The translations under genes and the position numbers were made by a program. This document shows positions 1 through 8,982 of a stretch of 64,000 nucleotides of DNA, piece by piece. The DNA is from Candidatus Latescibacterota bacterium (GTDB lineage Bacteria; Latescibacterota; UBA2968; GCA-2709665), in the NCBI GenBank assembly GCA_965219455.1, contig OZ244744.1, forward strand, positions 5,536,001 through 5,600,000. The letters run 5' to 3'. The notes under the pieces are model-generated. The model searched no databases and was not told the DNA's origin. It saw only the letters and a program-made list of their open reading frames with translations. Each line of letters starts with the position of its first letter. The first letter of the stretch is position 1.

Positions 1-265
1 CGCGCGCCTCGCCGCTGTCGGGATAGACCAGGGTCGAGAGGATACGAATCAGTGTCGACTTTCCCGAGCCGTTCGGACCCAGAATACCGAAAATTTCCCC
101 GCGTTGCACTTCAAACCCAACCCGGTCAACCGCTAAAATCTCTCTGCGACGGCGCCTGAAGCGTCCCAGGAATCCTTTCGTCCTGCCCGTCTCGTTGTCG
201 GGCACCCGGAAGGCCTTGGTCAGATCCGTCGCCTGAACCGCAGGCGCGTCATAATCGATATCCAA
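1..265 (-). CDS. ABC transporter ATP-binding protein (5' part; runs off window start)
   Basis: Manual translation from TTG at 265 gives ...LAVDRVGFEVQRGEIFGILGPNGSGKSTLIRILSTL, containing Walker A GPNGSGKST. Confidence 0.85.
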   Translation of the reverse strand, partial: MDIDYDAPAVQATDLTKAFRVPDNETGRTKGFLGRFRRRRREILAVDRVGFEVQRGEIFGILGPNGSGKSTLIRILSTLVYPDSGEAR

Positions 266-628
266 CGCGGCTAGCCCTTTCCCAGCAGCGGCCGGAGCCC
301 ACACCCCAATTCTCCAACGCCGAACGGAGTCTGAATCGGATTTCTCCGGTCTCTACGGTGTCGACAGATGAGGAACAATGCAGCCGCCGTGAATTTAAGG
401 TTGGAAACAAATAAGGATGCGCCTTCGCGCATCCTGGTAAGTACCGGCGTTACGTCATCCGTAACATCCGAACCGCTCCATGTACGCCCTCAGAATCCCA
501 TTTTTTTGTTGGCATCGCCTTCCCCGGCGGGGAACGCCAATTGCGCCCGGTCGACGACGCGCGGCGGACACACCGATACGCAGGTGATACACCCATCCGG
601 ACGCCGACCCGAAAACGCACTTGCGCGC

Positions 629-1066
629 TCAGCGTCCTTTCTGCCCATCGTAGGAATTCTGTCCCGTGACTTCCGTTGATACCGGCAATCCCGAATCTCG
701 CCATCCGGAAATCTCCACCATCCCTGTTCCGGGATTAACCTTACCCCCGAAGCCTCCGACAACATTTACAACATTCGTGTACCCGGCCTTATCCAGCATC
801 TCAGCCGCGTATTGTGAACGGATACCCGACTGGCAGCCACAGTAGATTCTTGTCTCCCTGTTCAGCACGCGTTCCACCACGGCCTGAAAATCCGGGTTGG
901 GCATCATGCCGCCGGCCGGACTTTGAAAAGCCACCGGAATATTGATTGCGCCCTCGGGGTGCCCATGGGCGAATTCCGACTCCGTCCGCACATCGAGATA
1001 AACCGCATCTGCGTCGCCGTCCATTCCCGCGTGCGCATCTGCGGGCAATAGCTGCTCAATTTGCAT
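629..1066 (-). CDS. Rhodanese-like domain protein
   Basis: YLDVRTESEFAHGHPEGAINIP and CQSGIRS active-site loop. Confidence 0.9.
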   Translation of the reverse strand: MQIEQLLPADAHAGMDGDADAVYLDVRTESEFAHGHPEGAINIPVAFQSPAGGMMPNPDFQAVVERVLNRETRIYCGCQSGIRSQYAAEMLDKAGYTNVVNVVGGFGGKVNPGTGMVEISGWRDSGLPVSTEVTGQNSYDGQKGR

Positions 1067-1214
1067 ATATGAACCCTCCTTTAATCCTCGTCCAGGGCCG
1101 CACCAGGGCGCCCGATCGAAGCCGTCGTGGCGCTCGGACGCGCCTCACGATCCTGTGGGTTTCGGCTACGTCAAATATAGGCCGTTCTACCCCGTACCGC
1201 AAGTATCTCCAGCC

Positions 1215-3125
1215 TTAACCGTCGAAATCCCGGAGGTCCACCTGGCAGACCTCGAATCCGGCGGCATAATACAGCGTGCGGTCCACGATGCGTAAGTATT
1301 CTCCCTCACCCTCGATCAATGGCGTGAATTCAACCTCGTGATCGAACACCTGTATCCGACCGATCTTTCCCCCGGCCGACGTCCACAGTGAACCCGTGGC
1401 CCTATCCAGCGCCACCTCCCGGCATCCGGACGGCGCCGGCCCCAGGGCGCGCAATACCCCCTCGCTGGCTTTCCAGGCGTAGAGCGTATTGCGTTGAACG
1501 GCAAGTACCTCTTCCGACGGCAGGACGGCCATTACCCTGGCGGCGCCTTCGCCTTCGTCAATGGCCTGGGTACGGATGACTTCCAGCCTGTCCATATCGA
1601 ATGCCACCAACTGGCCGGTCGTCTGAGTGGGCGGCGCGGAATTCGCATCGGCATAGATTTCCGTTGAACAGTAGACACGGCGGCGGTTCGAATCGACCAG
1701 CACGGAATTTACCTTCTGGTCCCGCACTAAATGCCGCCAGATCCGGATCTCGCCGGTCTGCGGATCGATCCGGCTGAGCGCGCCGCCGAGATGTCCGTAC
1801 TCCGGACTGGTGGACATCCAGACGTACCGCCCGTCGTGCACGAGGCCCGTGGGTCTCATCTGGCCTTCCTGTTGCGCGCTGGCCAGTACACGCGGGTTGC
1901 GGGGCCAGTCCAAAGGCGCCCCGGGATCGAACCCGGTTACCGACGACGTCGTATAGCTGCTCTGCAGAACGCGCTGCGTGATTGGCTCCCAGATGATCTG
2001 GTTGATCTGCCCCCCGCCCGGCGCCGCGCGTCCGCAGTCCATTCCTTCTCCCGTTTCCATGTCGATCATCCAGAACCGCTGGTTGATGAACGGAGCACCA
2101 AAGATCATCTTCCTGTCAGGTACGGGACACAGCGCGTGCGCGGCCATGGGACCGGTGGATTCCAGATCGATACGGTCGGTCCGCCCCGTCCGTGTGTCGT
2201 ATCGGAGCGCAATGCCGGACAGCGTCACGCCGGCCACCGCGGTTTCGGCCCACGGATGTAATGTTGTTGGTCCGCCCTCCGACCAACCCTCCGCAGCAAC
2301 CTCCCATTTTTCCGCCTCGCGGTCCAGGGCATAAAGCGTGCCGTCCGCAGCGCTGTACGCATAAAGACGGCCGTCCACGACACAGGCCTTTCCACCCAGC
2401 CCCCCGTGCTCGGGACGCTCGATCCTCTGTTTCAATTCAAAACCCGGATACGCCATGAAATGGAGTTCGCCCCGAACAAATGCCGCAAGGGTCCAGTCGT
2501 CCCAGAAAAAAGCGTCGGACGTGGAACCCACGCCCTGGATGTTTTCAGGGGTGTGGGATTCCGCGGACATGGTTTCCAGGTTCAGCAATACCAGCCGCGC
2601 CTGCGGTACGTCGATGGCGAGCAGGACCCGGCCGTCCGGCGCCTCCACGACGTTGTGGCCGTAGAGCGCGGTCGGATGTTCCGTATCGATGGGCCGAAAG
2701 ACCTTCACCAGCCGCGACTCCCGCCAGTCGTACACGCCCACGTGCCCGGGCGATGCCTCCCAGACTGCATACCGGTCGGTCACGCAGCCGCCCCACGTTA
2801 TGGACGTCAATTCGCCGGTTACCAGATTCTCAAAACTATCCGAAACCGGATCGTACCGGATCAGGTCCCCATTCCCGCAGCCCAGATAGAGGCGGCCGTC
2901 GGCAGCGGTTCTCACCATATAAGCACCGGGTATACCTCCCGGGAGTTCCCGCATCCCCCTGGATCCGGTGTCGGGATTCCAGAAATAGATCCGTCCGCCC
3001 GAACTCCCTCCCCAGATGCTGCTCACCAGATGGACGTCTCCGCGAAACTGAACTTTTGCCACCTCGGCGTTTATAAATGGCATGCGGCTGTGGGGAATAG
3101 CATAGCGTTTAATGGAAGCCATCAC
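1215..3125 (-). CDS. Beta-propeller repeat protein, function unknown
   Basis: 636 aa with repeated blades such as GRIYFWNPDTG, GDLIRYDPVSD, GALSRIDPQTG. Confidence 0.65.
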   Translation of the reverse strand: MMASIKRYAIPHSRMPFINAEVAKVQFRGDVHLVSSIWGGSSGGRIYFWNPDTGSRGMRELPGGIPGAYMVRTAADGRLYLGCGNGDLIRYDPVSDSFENLVTGELTSITWGGCVTDRYAVWEASPGHVGVYDWRESRLVKVFRPIDTEHPTALYGHNVVEAPDGRVLLAIDVPQARLVLLNLETMSAESHTPENIQGVGSTSDAFFWDDWTLAAFVRGELHFMAYPGFELKQRIERPEHGGLGGKACVVDGRLYAYSAADGTLYALDREAEKWEVAAEGWSEGGPTTLHPWAETAVAGVTLSGIALRYDTRTGRTDRIDLESTGPMAAHALCPVPDRKMIFGAPFINQRFWMIDMETGEGMDCGRAAPGGGQINQIIWEPITQRVLQSSYTTSSVTGFDPGAPLDWPRNPRVLASAQQEGQMRPTGLVHDGRYVWMSTSPEYGHLGGALSRIDPQTGEIRIWRHLVRDQKVNSVLVDSNRRRVYCSTEIYADANSAPPTQTTGQLVAFDMDRLEVIRTQAIDEGEGAARVMAVLPSEEVLAVQRNTLYAWKASEGVLRALGPAPSGCREVALDRATGSLWTSAGGKIGRIQVFDHEVEFTPLIEGEGEYLRIVDRTLYYAAGFEVCQVDLRDFDG

Positions 3126-3250
3126 CCCTCCGATAAATCATAAGGGTTTGGTTGTAGCCTGCGGAAAATATCCGGAGATACGAACAAAAAAAAGAGTTCG
3201 ATATCTGTAACTGACTGTGGCGTACGCTTCTAAAGGTTTTCTTTCTTGTG

Positions 3251-3868
3251 CTACTCGATATGCCTTCGCACTTCGATGACCTTTCCCAGGATGGAAAACG
3301 GCTCTCCATCCTCGCTGGGGATGATGGATTCGAAGGCTTCGTTCTCCGGGCGCAGTTCGATGCGACCGGCTTGCTCCCGGTATCTTTTAACCGTTGCTTC
3401 CTCGCCAACCATGGCGACGACAATGTCTCCCGATCTGGCAGCCTGCTGTCGACGAACAATTACGATATCGCCGTGCAGGATGCCCGCCCTGCGCATACTG
3501 TCCCCCTGTACCGTGAGGGCGAAGAGTTCGCTGCCTTCATAGCGGGATTGCTGCACGGGAAGATAGTCTTCCGGACTCTGAATGGCCGCAGTCAGGTCTC
3601 CCGCCTGGACCCGCCCCAACACGGGGATCAGATGGGAGGAACGCCCCCTCCCCATCTTCGGCAGCCGGTGTGACCTGGCCTTACCGGAATCCTTGACCAG
3701 TTTGCCCTCCAGAACCAGTGCCTCCAGATGCTGGCGAGCCGACTGAACCGCCCGGAATCCGAACGCTTTCTGCACCTCCCGCGTGCTGGGCGGGGTTCCG
3801 TTGAGAATCCTCTCCCTGACGAACTTATAGATTTTTTCCCGCGTCTGTCCGGGCGGCGTGTAAGCCAT
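3251..3868 (-). CDS. lexA: LexA repressor
   Basis: N-terminal wHTH (PPSTREVQKAFGF), cleavage site VQAG, catalytic GDSM and EATVKR; ATG at 3868 chosen as start. Confidence 0.9.
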   Translation of the reverse strand: MAYTPPGQTREKIYKFVRERILNGTPPSTREVQKAFGFRAVQSARQHLEALVLEGKLVKDSGKARSHRLPKMGRGRSSHLIPVLGRVQAGDLTAAIQSPEDYLPVQQSRYEGSELFALTVQGDSMRRAGILHGDIVIVRRQQAARSGDIVVAMVGEEATVKRYREQAGRIELRPENEAFESIIPSEDGEPFSILGKVIEVRRHIE

Positions 3869-3931
3869 GGTGCACTCTTCGAATCGGTGGACTATTGGGA
3901 AACGGGGAACAAATAAGGACCAGCAAAAAAC

Positions 3932-3947
3932 AGACAAATATCTGTCT
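3932..3947. promoter_or_regulatory. Candidate LexA autoregulatory operator (AGACA-N6-TGTCT)
   Basis: Palindrome about 65 bp upstream of the lexA start; function is inferred only. Confidence 0.3.
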
Positions 3948-4046
3948 TGTCAAGGGTTTTTTCGCAAATTGGACTTTCCGAAAGGCATTGAATTCACATG
4001 GATAGGATGAACAGGATTCAGGGTTTTGGGGTCGTATGTGGGAAGG

Positions 4047-4157
4047 TGGGGCAGACATTCCTGTCTGCCCTTCTCATCGACCTTCTGCCGGAATGCAGAC
4101 GGAAGAAAGGATTGCGCCGCCTTTATCGCGTAGGGGCGACCGGCCGGTCGCCCCTAC
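4047..4157. repeat. REP-like palindromes (gggcagacattcctgtctgccc; gtaggggcgaccggccggtcgcccctac)
   Basis: Perfect inverted repeats, repeated near 21373-21399, 21588-21610 and 21671-21697. Confidence 0.75.
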
Positions 4158-4349
4158 AACCACCGCGATTCGATCATATCAACCCCGGCACAGGATTCTG
4201 AGGTTTCGGTTTCATGGATGTGAGCAGACAGGAATGTCCGCTCCACCATCTCAAGCCTCTTCTTGATGGTTCGCTTGAGCGCATCAATAGCCGCTCCGTG
4301 TTCCGATTCCACGGGTGACCCCTGTGCGCCAACCGGTGGTGCGCCTCGT

Positions 4350-5381
4350 TCATTTCGTTTCCGATGATTCGGTCGCGTTGTCTGAGGCTGTTGTTGGTGC
4401 GGTGGGGGCGTCCCCCTTCTCTCCCGTTGGCGATTCTTCGCTTATGCTGCCCGTGTCCACAGGCTCTGATTGCGGGGCACGTAATCGAGTGAGCTTTTCC
4501 TTAAGCGCCGACCAGAGCCCGGACAGGCCAACCTGCTGTCGCGATGCCGGGGTCTCTTCGTCCTGATCGTCTCCCTCCACATCGGTATCTTCGGTAATCG
4601 CCTCCTCGCTGCAATCGGCCTCCGGGGCGTAGAGCAACACGGTGGTATTGTCCTGGTAGGGACGTTCCGCGGCTTCCACGGCATGGATCAGCGCGCCTGC
4701 GACGTCGTCGAGTGACGCGTCGCCTTGATCGTCAAGAATTCGCTCGATCTCCTCATCCCCGAGGGTCATCAGGCCGTCGCTTGCCAGCAGGAGTCGATCT
4801 GTTTTCCGGACCGCAACCGGCTGGGACGAGACGTCAACCAGGTGGATCTCCTCGCCCATCACCGCGGACCGCAGCGCATGCCGGTTGGAATCCGTGGCCG
4901 CCTGCTCAGCGGTCATGCGACCGGCCGCCACCAGGCTGGCCAGTACCGGCGCCATGGAATGATCGGCATTGAGGCGGCGCAACCGGCCGTCTCGGAACAG
5001 CCACAGCGGGGAATCCCCCACGCTGATCCAGTCGATTCCATCGCGCGAAATCACCGCCACGACCACCGTGGACCCCATCCCCTTCATTTCGGGGTTTTCG
5101 CTCGTCGCGTCGGCGAGGGCGTCGTTGGCGGCGGCAAGGCAGGCGCGCAGACGATCCGGGATCGGTCCATCCGTGGCGGGATAGGTTTCCACGAACGTCT
5201 TGACAACGGTCCTGCTGGCCGTGTCGCCGCTCACGTGCCCCCCCATCCCGTCGGCGAGCACCAGCACCTCGCCGCCGTCCGCGTCGGATTCATCCCGCTC
5301 GATCAGGCCGTAATCGTCCTCCTGGTATTCCCGGCCGCCGGGAATCTGCCGCGCGGCGAATCGTCCTTCCAATCGGTTCAT
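4350..5381 (-). CDS. PP2C-family Ser/Thr protein phosphatase (copy 1)
   Basis: GGREYQED, LADGMGGH, GMGSTVV, SVGDSP, LASDGL, QDNTT motifs. Confidence 0.93.
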   Translation of the reverse strand: MNRLEGRFAARQIPGGREYQEDDYGLIERDESDADGGEVLVLADGMGGHVSGDTASRTVVKTFVETYPATDGPIPDRLRACLAAANDALADATSENPEMKGMGSTVVVAVISRDGIDWISVGDSPLWLFRDGRLRRLNADHSMAPVLASLVAAGRMTAEQAATDSNRHALRSAVMGEEIHLVDVSSQPVAVRKTDRLLLASDGLMTLGDEEIERILDDQGDASLDDVAGALIHAVEAAERPYQDNTTVLLYAPEADCSEEAITEDTDVEGDDQDEETPASRQQVGLSGLWSALKEKLTRLRAPQSEPVDTGSISEESPTGEKGDAPTAPTTASDNATESSETK

Positions 5382-5960
5382 GGTATTCCTCCATGCAAGC
5401 GAAATACGACGGGCATCTCATCGAGCATATCCTGTCAATATGGTGCAATGCGGTATCCGTCTTCTTGATGCTCTAGGATCTGCTCCATTTTTCTATCCAC
5501 TACCCTTTAATGCAACTCCACTACAACTTCCAGGGCCTATCACGGACGATCGAAATTTGTGCGGAAGACCAATTTGGACGGTCAGCCGAATTCTCAGGTT
5601 TCGTTCTGTAGGGGAAAAGGTTTTAAGTTTTTAGTTAAGTATTAGGCATTGTTCGGTAAAATTCATGCGTTGAATGAGCCATTTGGATGGTATGGTCCAA
5701 ATGGTGGATGTGCCATTATTCTCGTCCTGCGGACGTTGTAACACAACCAAAGTCTTGAAGCACCTCGTAAGTGTCAGCGAGGGGGTAGAGGACGTCCGCA
5801 CTATCATTGTCGCGGCAGGCTCTGCACGCAGGCTCCATATCTGGTGATCCTAACGTGTGTGGGCGGAATTGAAGGTTTTGGGGAATTATCCTGTCTACGC
5901 TGTTTATCCATTTCTATCGATTTTTCGTTGAAGTCCAGGATTTTTGGGTTTTGCACTTTG

Positions 5961-5998
5961 CTTCAAGCTGAATGCTGTAAGCTGTACGCTGACAGCTT
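5961..5998. repeat. Degenerate short tandem repeat (gctgNNN units) directly downstream of kinase-FGE genes
   Basis: cttcaagctgaatgctgtaagctgtacgctgacagc; related copies at about 8941, 28912, 34729, 39965 and 42403. Confidence 0.6.
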
Positions 5999-6001
5999 TT
6001 T

Positions 6002-8626
6002 TTATGGCGTAAGCGTCCGGGCAATACGGAAACCGACGTTGTGGAGCCGCCCCCCGGTGTAGCTCCTGAAGCGATACGCGGCGCGGAGGATCCCGGGATC
6101 GACGTTGTACCACGAGCCGCCGCGCAATACCCGCTTCGCACAATCGCCCCCCTCCCAGGCTGACCCATCCGCAGGGGCGCCCGTATAGCTGTTGTTCCAG
6201 CAATCCTCAACCCACTCCCATACGTTCCCATGCACGTCATGCAGTCCCCACGCATTGGCCCAAAACGAACCCGCAGGCGCCGTCTTTTCATCGTCCCAGC
6301 GGCTACCGCAACCGTCGCAGTTGGCACGGTTGTGTCCAATCTCATCGCCCCAGTGATATCGCGTCGTTGTCCCGGCACGCGCCACGTACTCCCATTCCGC
6401 CTCACTCAACAAGCGATACGTCTTGTCCGTCCGTCGTGACAACCACCGCACATACGACTGCGCGTCATCCCAACTCACGTTGATCACGGGGCGGTTCCCG
6501 CGGCCCCATCCACTATCGTCCGGGACGTACCCGCCGCAACCTCCGGCATTCGCGCAAGCGTCCCATTCCGCAAACGTAACCTCGTACACACCCACCGCAA
6601 ACCGATAATCGATCCTTACGCGATGACGGGGTCGCTCGTCATCGAACCCCTCGCCACTATGGGACCCCATCATGAACGAGCCCGACGGCACCACCACCAT
6701 CTCCGGGCATTCTGCACAGACCATGAATTTTCCGCCTACTGTCCCGCTCAGCCGCTGGGCCTTACGCGCTGCCGACAGACGTCTTTCGAATCCGGACAAC
6801 ACTGAATCATCCACGTTAACCGCGCGTAGAGAATCCACGTAGCCATCTGCCTTGTCAAACGCCTCTTCTTCCAGGGTTTTCTCAAACATCCCTTTATACC
6901 GCTCAATCTTAGCCTGACGAAGGCGTTCCGCCTCCTCGGCGGCCAGACGCGCCCGTTCCACTTTCAGTCTTCGTGCCTCCACCTCACGCGCCGCCAACAA
7001 GCGATCTTCCAACCCCAACAACACGGGCGCAGATGCATTGACGGAACGCAGCGATTCCACGTACCTGACCGCTGTATCGAAATCCTTCCGGTCGAGCGAT
7101 TCCTCGAATTTTCGTTTGAAATCCACCACTTTGGCCAGGCGACGACGTTCCGCCTCCTCGGCGGCCAGCCGCGCATCTTGCTCCGCCTGCCGACGACGCT
7201 GTTCCGCCAGACGCGACGCCGATACGCGATCTTGCAACCCTGGCAATACGGGCGCATCTGCCCACACACCCCGTACCCGGGACACGTACTCATCCGCCTT
7301 GTCGAACTGCTTGGCGCGCAACGACGCATCAAACTTCGTCACGTAACGGCCGATTACGCTGTCCAGACCCGCGCTCGCTTCCTTATGGCCCGGCGCCAGG
7401 GCCAATACCGCCTGATACTTCTCCCACGCGTTGTTCCCCGCGGGACTCGTCAGCCGGTCCCGCGCCAGGTCTTCACCAGCGCCCGACAACAAAGCCGACA
7501 TCTGTTTAGCAGCTTCTCCTTCCAGCGCCAGGCGGAGCTGCTCCGGGCGATGGATGTTTTCATAGTAATAATAGCCCCCTCCCATCAGAAGCGCCAACAC
7601 GCACGCCACGGCGGCGAAAACCGGCCACTTGCGTTTCCCGGCCTGCCTCACGCGTGAACCATCAACCGTTGTGCGCTGCCGTGACCTCGGTGGGCGACCC
7701 TTTTCGGGCCTGACGACCGGCCGCGGTTTCTTCGCGCTGTCCGGCGTCTTTCCGGAAAGCGCAGTACGCCACGCGGCCACGCTCTGCGGGCGGTCCCCCT
7801 CATCCACCTTCAACGCCAGATCTATCGCCACAAGAAAACCGGCGCTCGCCTGACCCGCGCAACGCTCGGCCACCGGATCCAGCGGATCATTGCGCACCCG
7901 ATCCGTTGCATCGTCAGGGACGTGACCCGTCAATGCGTGGTAGCACACTGCGCCCAGCGCATAGATATCCGTCCAGGGTCCCTGGTCGCCGCGACTGGAA
8001 TACTGCTCGATGGGCGCGTAACCCGGCGTGATGATCGACGTGACAGACCGGCTGCGCGCCCCGATCGCCTGACGCGCCGCGCCGAAGTCCAGCAGCACCG
8101 GCGACCTGTCCTCGTCACGGATGATGATATTGCCAGGCTTGACGTCGCGGTGCAGAAAATTGGCCTCGTGGACCTCCTCCAGACCGTCCAGAATCGGAAA
8201 CAGAATGGCCTTAAGATCGGCTTCGCCCAACGTCTTACTGCGTTTGAGGAATTCCGACAGGGTCTCCCCCTCGGCGTATTCCATAACGATATACGCCGTG
8301 CCGTGCGCCTTAAAAAAACGAAACACTTTGATGATATGCCGGTGATCGAACCGGGCAAGGGTGCGCGCTTCGTCCAGGAATCGTTCCAGGCCCCACTCGA
8401 AGTCACCCAGAAACTGGCTCGCCTTCGGGACCACGCTGTTGTCGTCCGTGCGCGCGGCAATGTCGTCCGGCAGGAATTCCTTCACCGCGACCCCTTTGTC
8501 CAGGTTGTGGTCAAAACCCAGATACGTCATGCCGAAACCGCCGAAGCCCAGCACTCTCATCAGTTCGTATTCCTGCAGCCGATAACCCTGCGGCAGCGCG
8601 TTGAGCGGGTGTTGAGCGTCGTTCAA
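6002..8626 (-). CDS. Receptor Ser/Thr kinase - TM - stalk - FGE-sulfatase (CLec) protein, paralog 1
   Basis: GFGGFG, VAVKE, HRDVKPGN, DFG, TPGYAPIEQ; TM WPVFAAVACVLALLMGGGYYYY; FGE motifs MVVVPSGSFMMGS, RLLSEAEWEY, GNVWEW, RGGSW...GFRIAR; TTG start. Confidence 0.93.
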   Translation of the reverse strand: MNDAQHPLNALPQGYRLQEYELMRVLGFGGFGMTYLGFDHNLDKGVAVKEFLPDDIAARTDDNSVVPKASQFLGDFEWGLERFLDEARTLARFDHRHIIKVFRFFKAHGTAYIVMEYAEGETLSEFLKRSKTLGEADLKAILFPILDGLEEVHEANFLHRDVKPGNIIIRDEDRSPVLLDFGAARQAIGARSRSVTSIITPGYAPIEQYSSRGDQGPWTDIYALGAVCYHALTGHVPDDATDRVRNDPLDPVAERCAGQASAGFLVAIDLALKVDEGDRPQSVAAWRTALSGKTPDSAKKPRPVVRPEKGRPPRSRQRTTVDGSRVRQAGKRKWPVFAAVACVLALLMGGGYYYYENIHRPEQLRLALEGEAAKQMSALLSGAGEDLARDRLTSPAGNNAWEKYQAVLALAPGHKEASAGLDSVIGRYVTKFDASLRAKQFDKADEYVSRVRGVWADAPVLPGLQDRVSASRLAEQRRRQAEQDARLAAEEAERRRLAKVVDFKRKFEESLDRKDFDTAVRYVESLRSVNASAPVLLGLEDRLLAAREVEARRLKVERARLAAEEAERLRQAKIERYKGMFEKTLEEEAFDKADGYVDSLRAVNVDDSVLSGFERRLSAARKAQRLSGTVGGKFMVCAECPEMVVVPSGSFMMGSHSGEGFDDERPRHRVRIDYRFAVGVYEVTFAEWDACANAGGCGGYVPDDSGWGRGNRPVINVSWDDAQSYVRWLSRRTDKTYRLLSEAEWEYVARAGTTTRYHWGDEIGHNRANCDGCGSRWDDEKTAPAGSFWANAWGLHDVHGNVWEWVEDCWNNSYTGAPADGSAWEGGDCAKRVLRGGSWYNVDPGILRAAYRFRSYTGGRLHNVGFRIARTLTP
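6012..6135 (-). repeat. DGR variable-region-like segment VR1 (non-cognate to the local TR; one extra codon)
   Basis: Aligns to TR 22925-23045 with many changes at TR adenines, several non-A differences and a 3-nt insertion. Confidence 0.65.
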
Positions 8627-8738
8627 GGTGGTAACCTCAATGCGTGGTCAATTGCAAAACCAATCCAGGGAGGGCAAGAGTGTCCGCCTGCATTCTTTAA
8701 CGATAGCTACAGCCACAGTTGCAACGGAAGCCGCGGGA

Positions 8739-8765
8739 GATTCTTCGACTCCGCTCAGAATGACA
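8739..8765. repeat. REP-like repeat gattcttcgactccgctcagaatgaca
   Basis: Near-identical copies at about 27605, 32048, 38566 and 51869, often paired with tgtcatgctgaggaagcc. Confidence 0.75.
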
Positions 8766-8982
8766 TGCTTTGCAGTAACCATTGGTGAACTGTGTCCGTC
8801 ACGTGTCGGCACAAACTGTCAGGCTGAGGAAGCCTGCAGGGGGGAGAAATCGGGTGCGAAGGCGCTTTCTCGCGGGGTTCTCCAAGAGCGCCACAGACGC
8901 GCGGGTTTATTCGCTTTTCGGTTTTGCCGTTCGCTCTTTGCTTCAAGCTGTCTGCTGACGGCTGAACGCTGACAGCTTGTTT

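Noticed and set aside
5400-5940. Lower-GC stretch resembling a decayed gene
   Set aside because: Stops in all frames and no recognisable motif.
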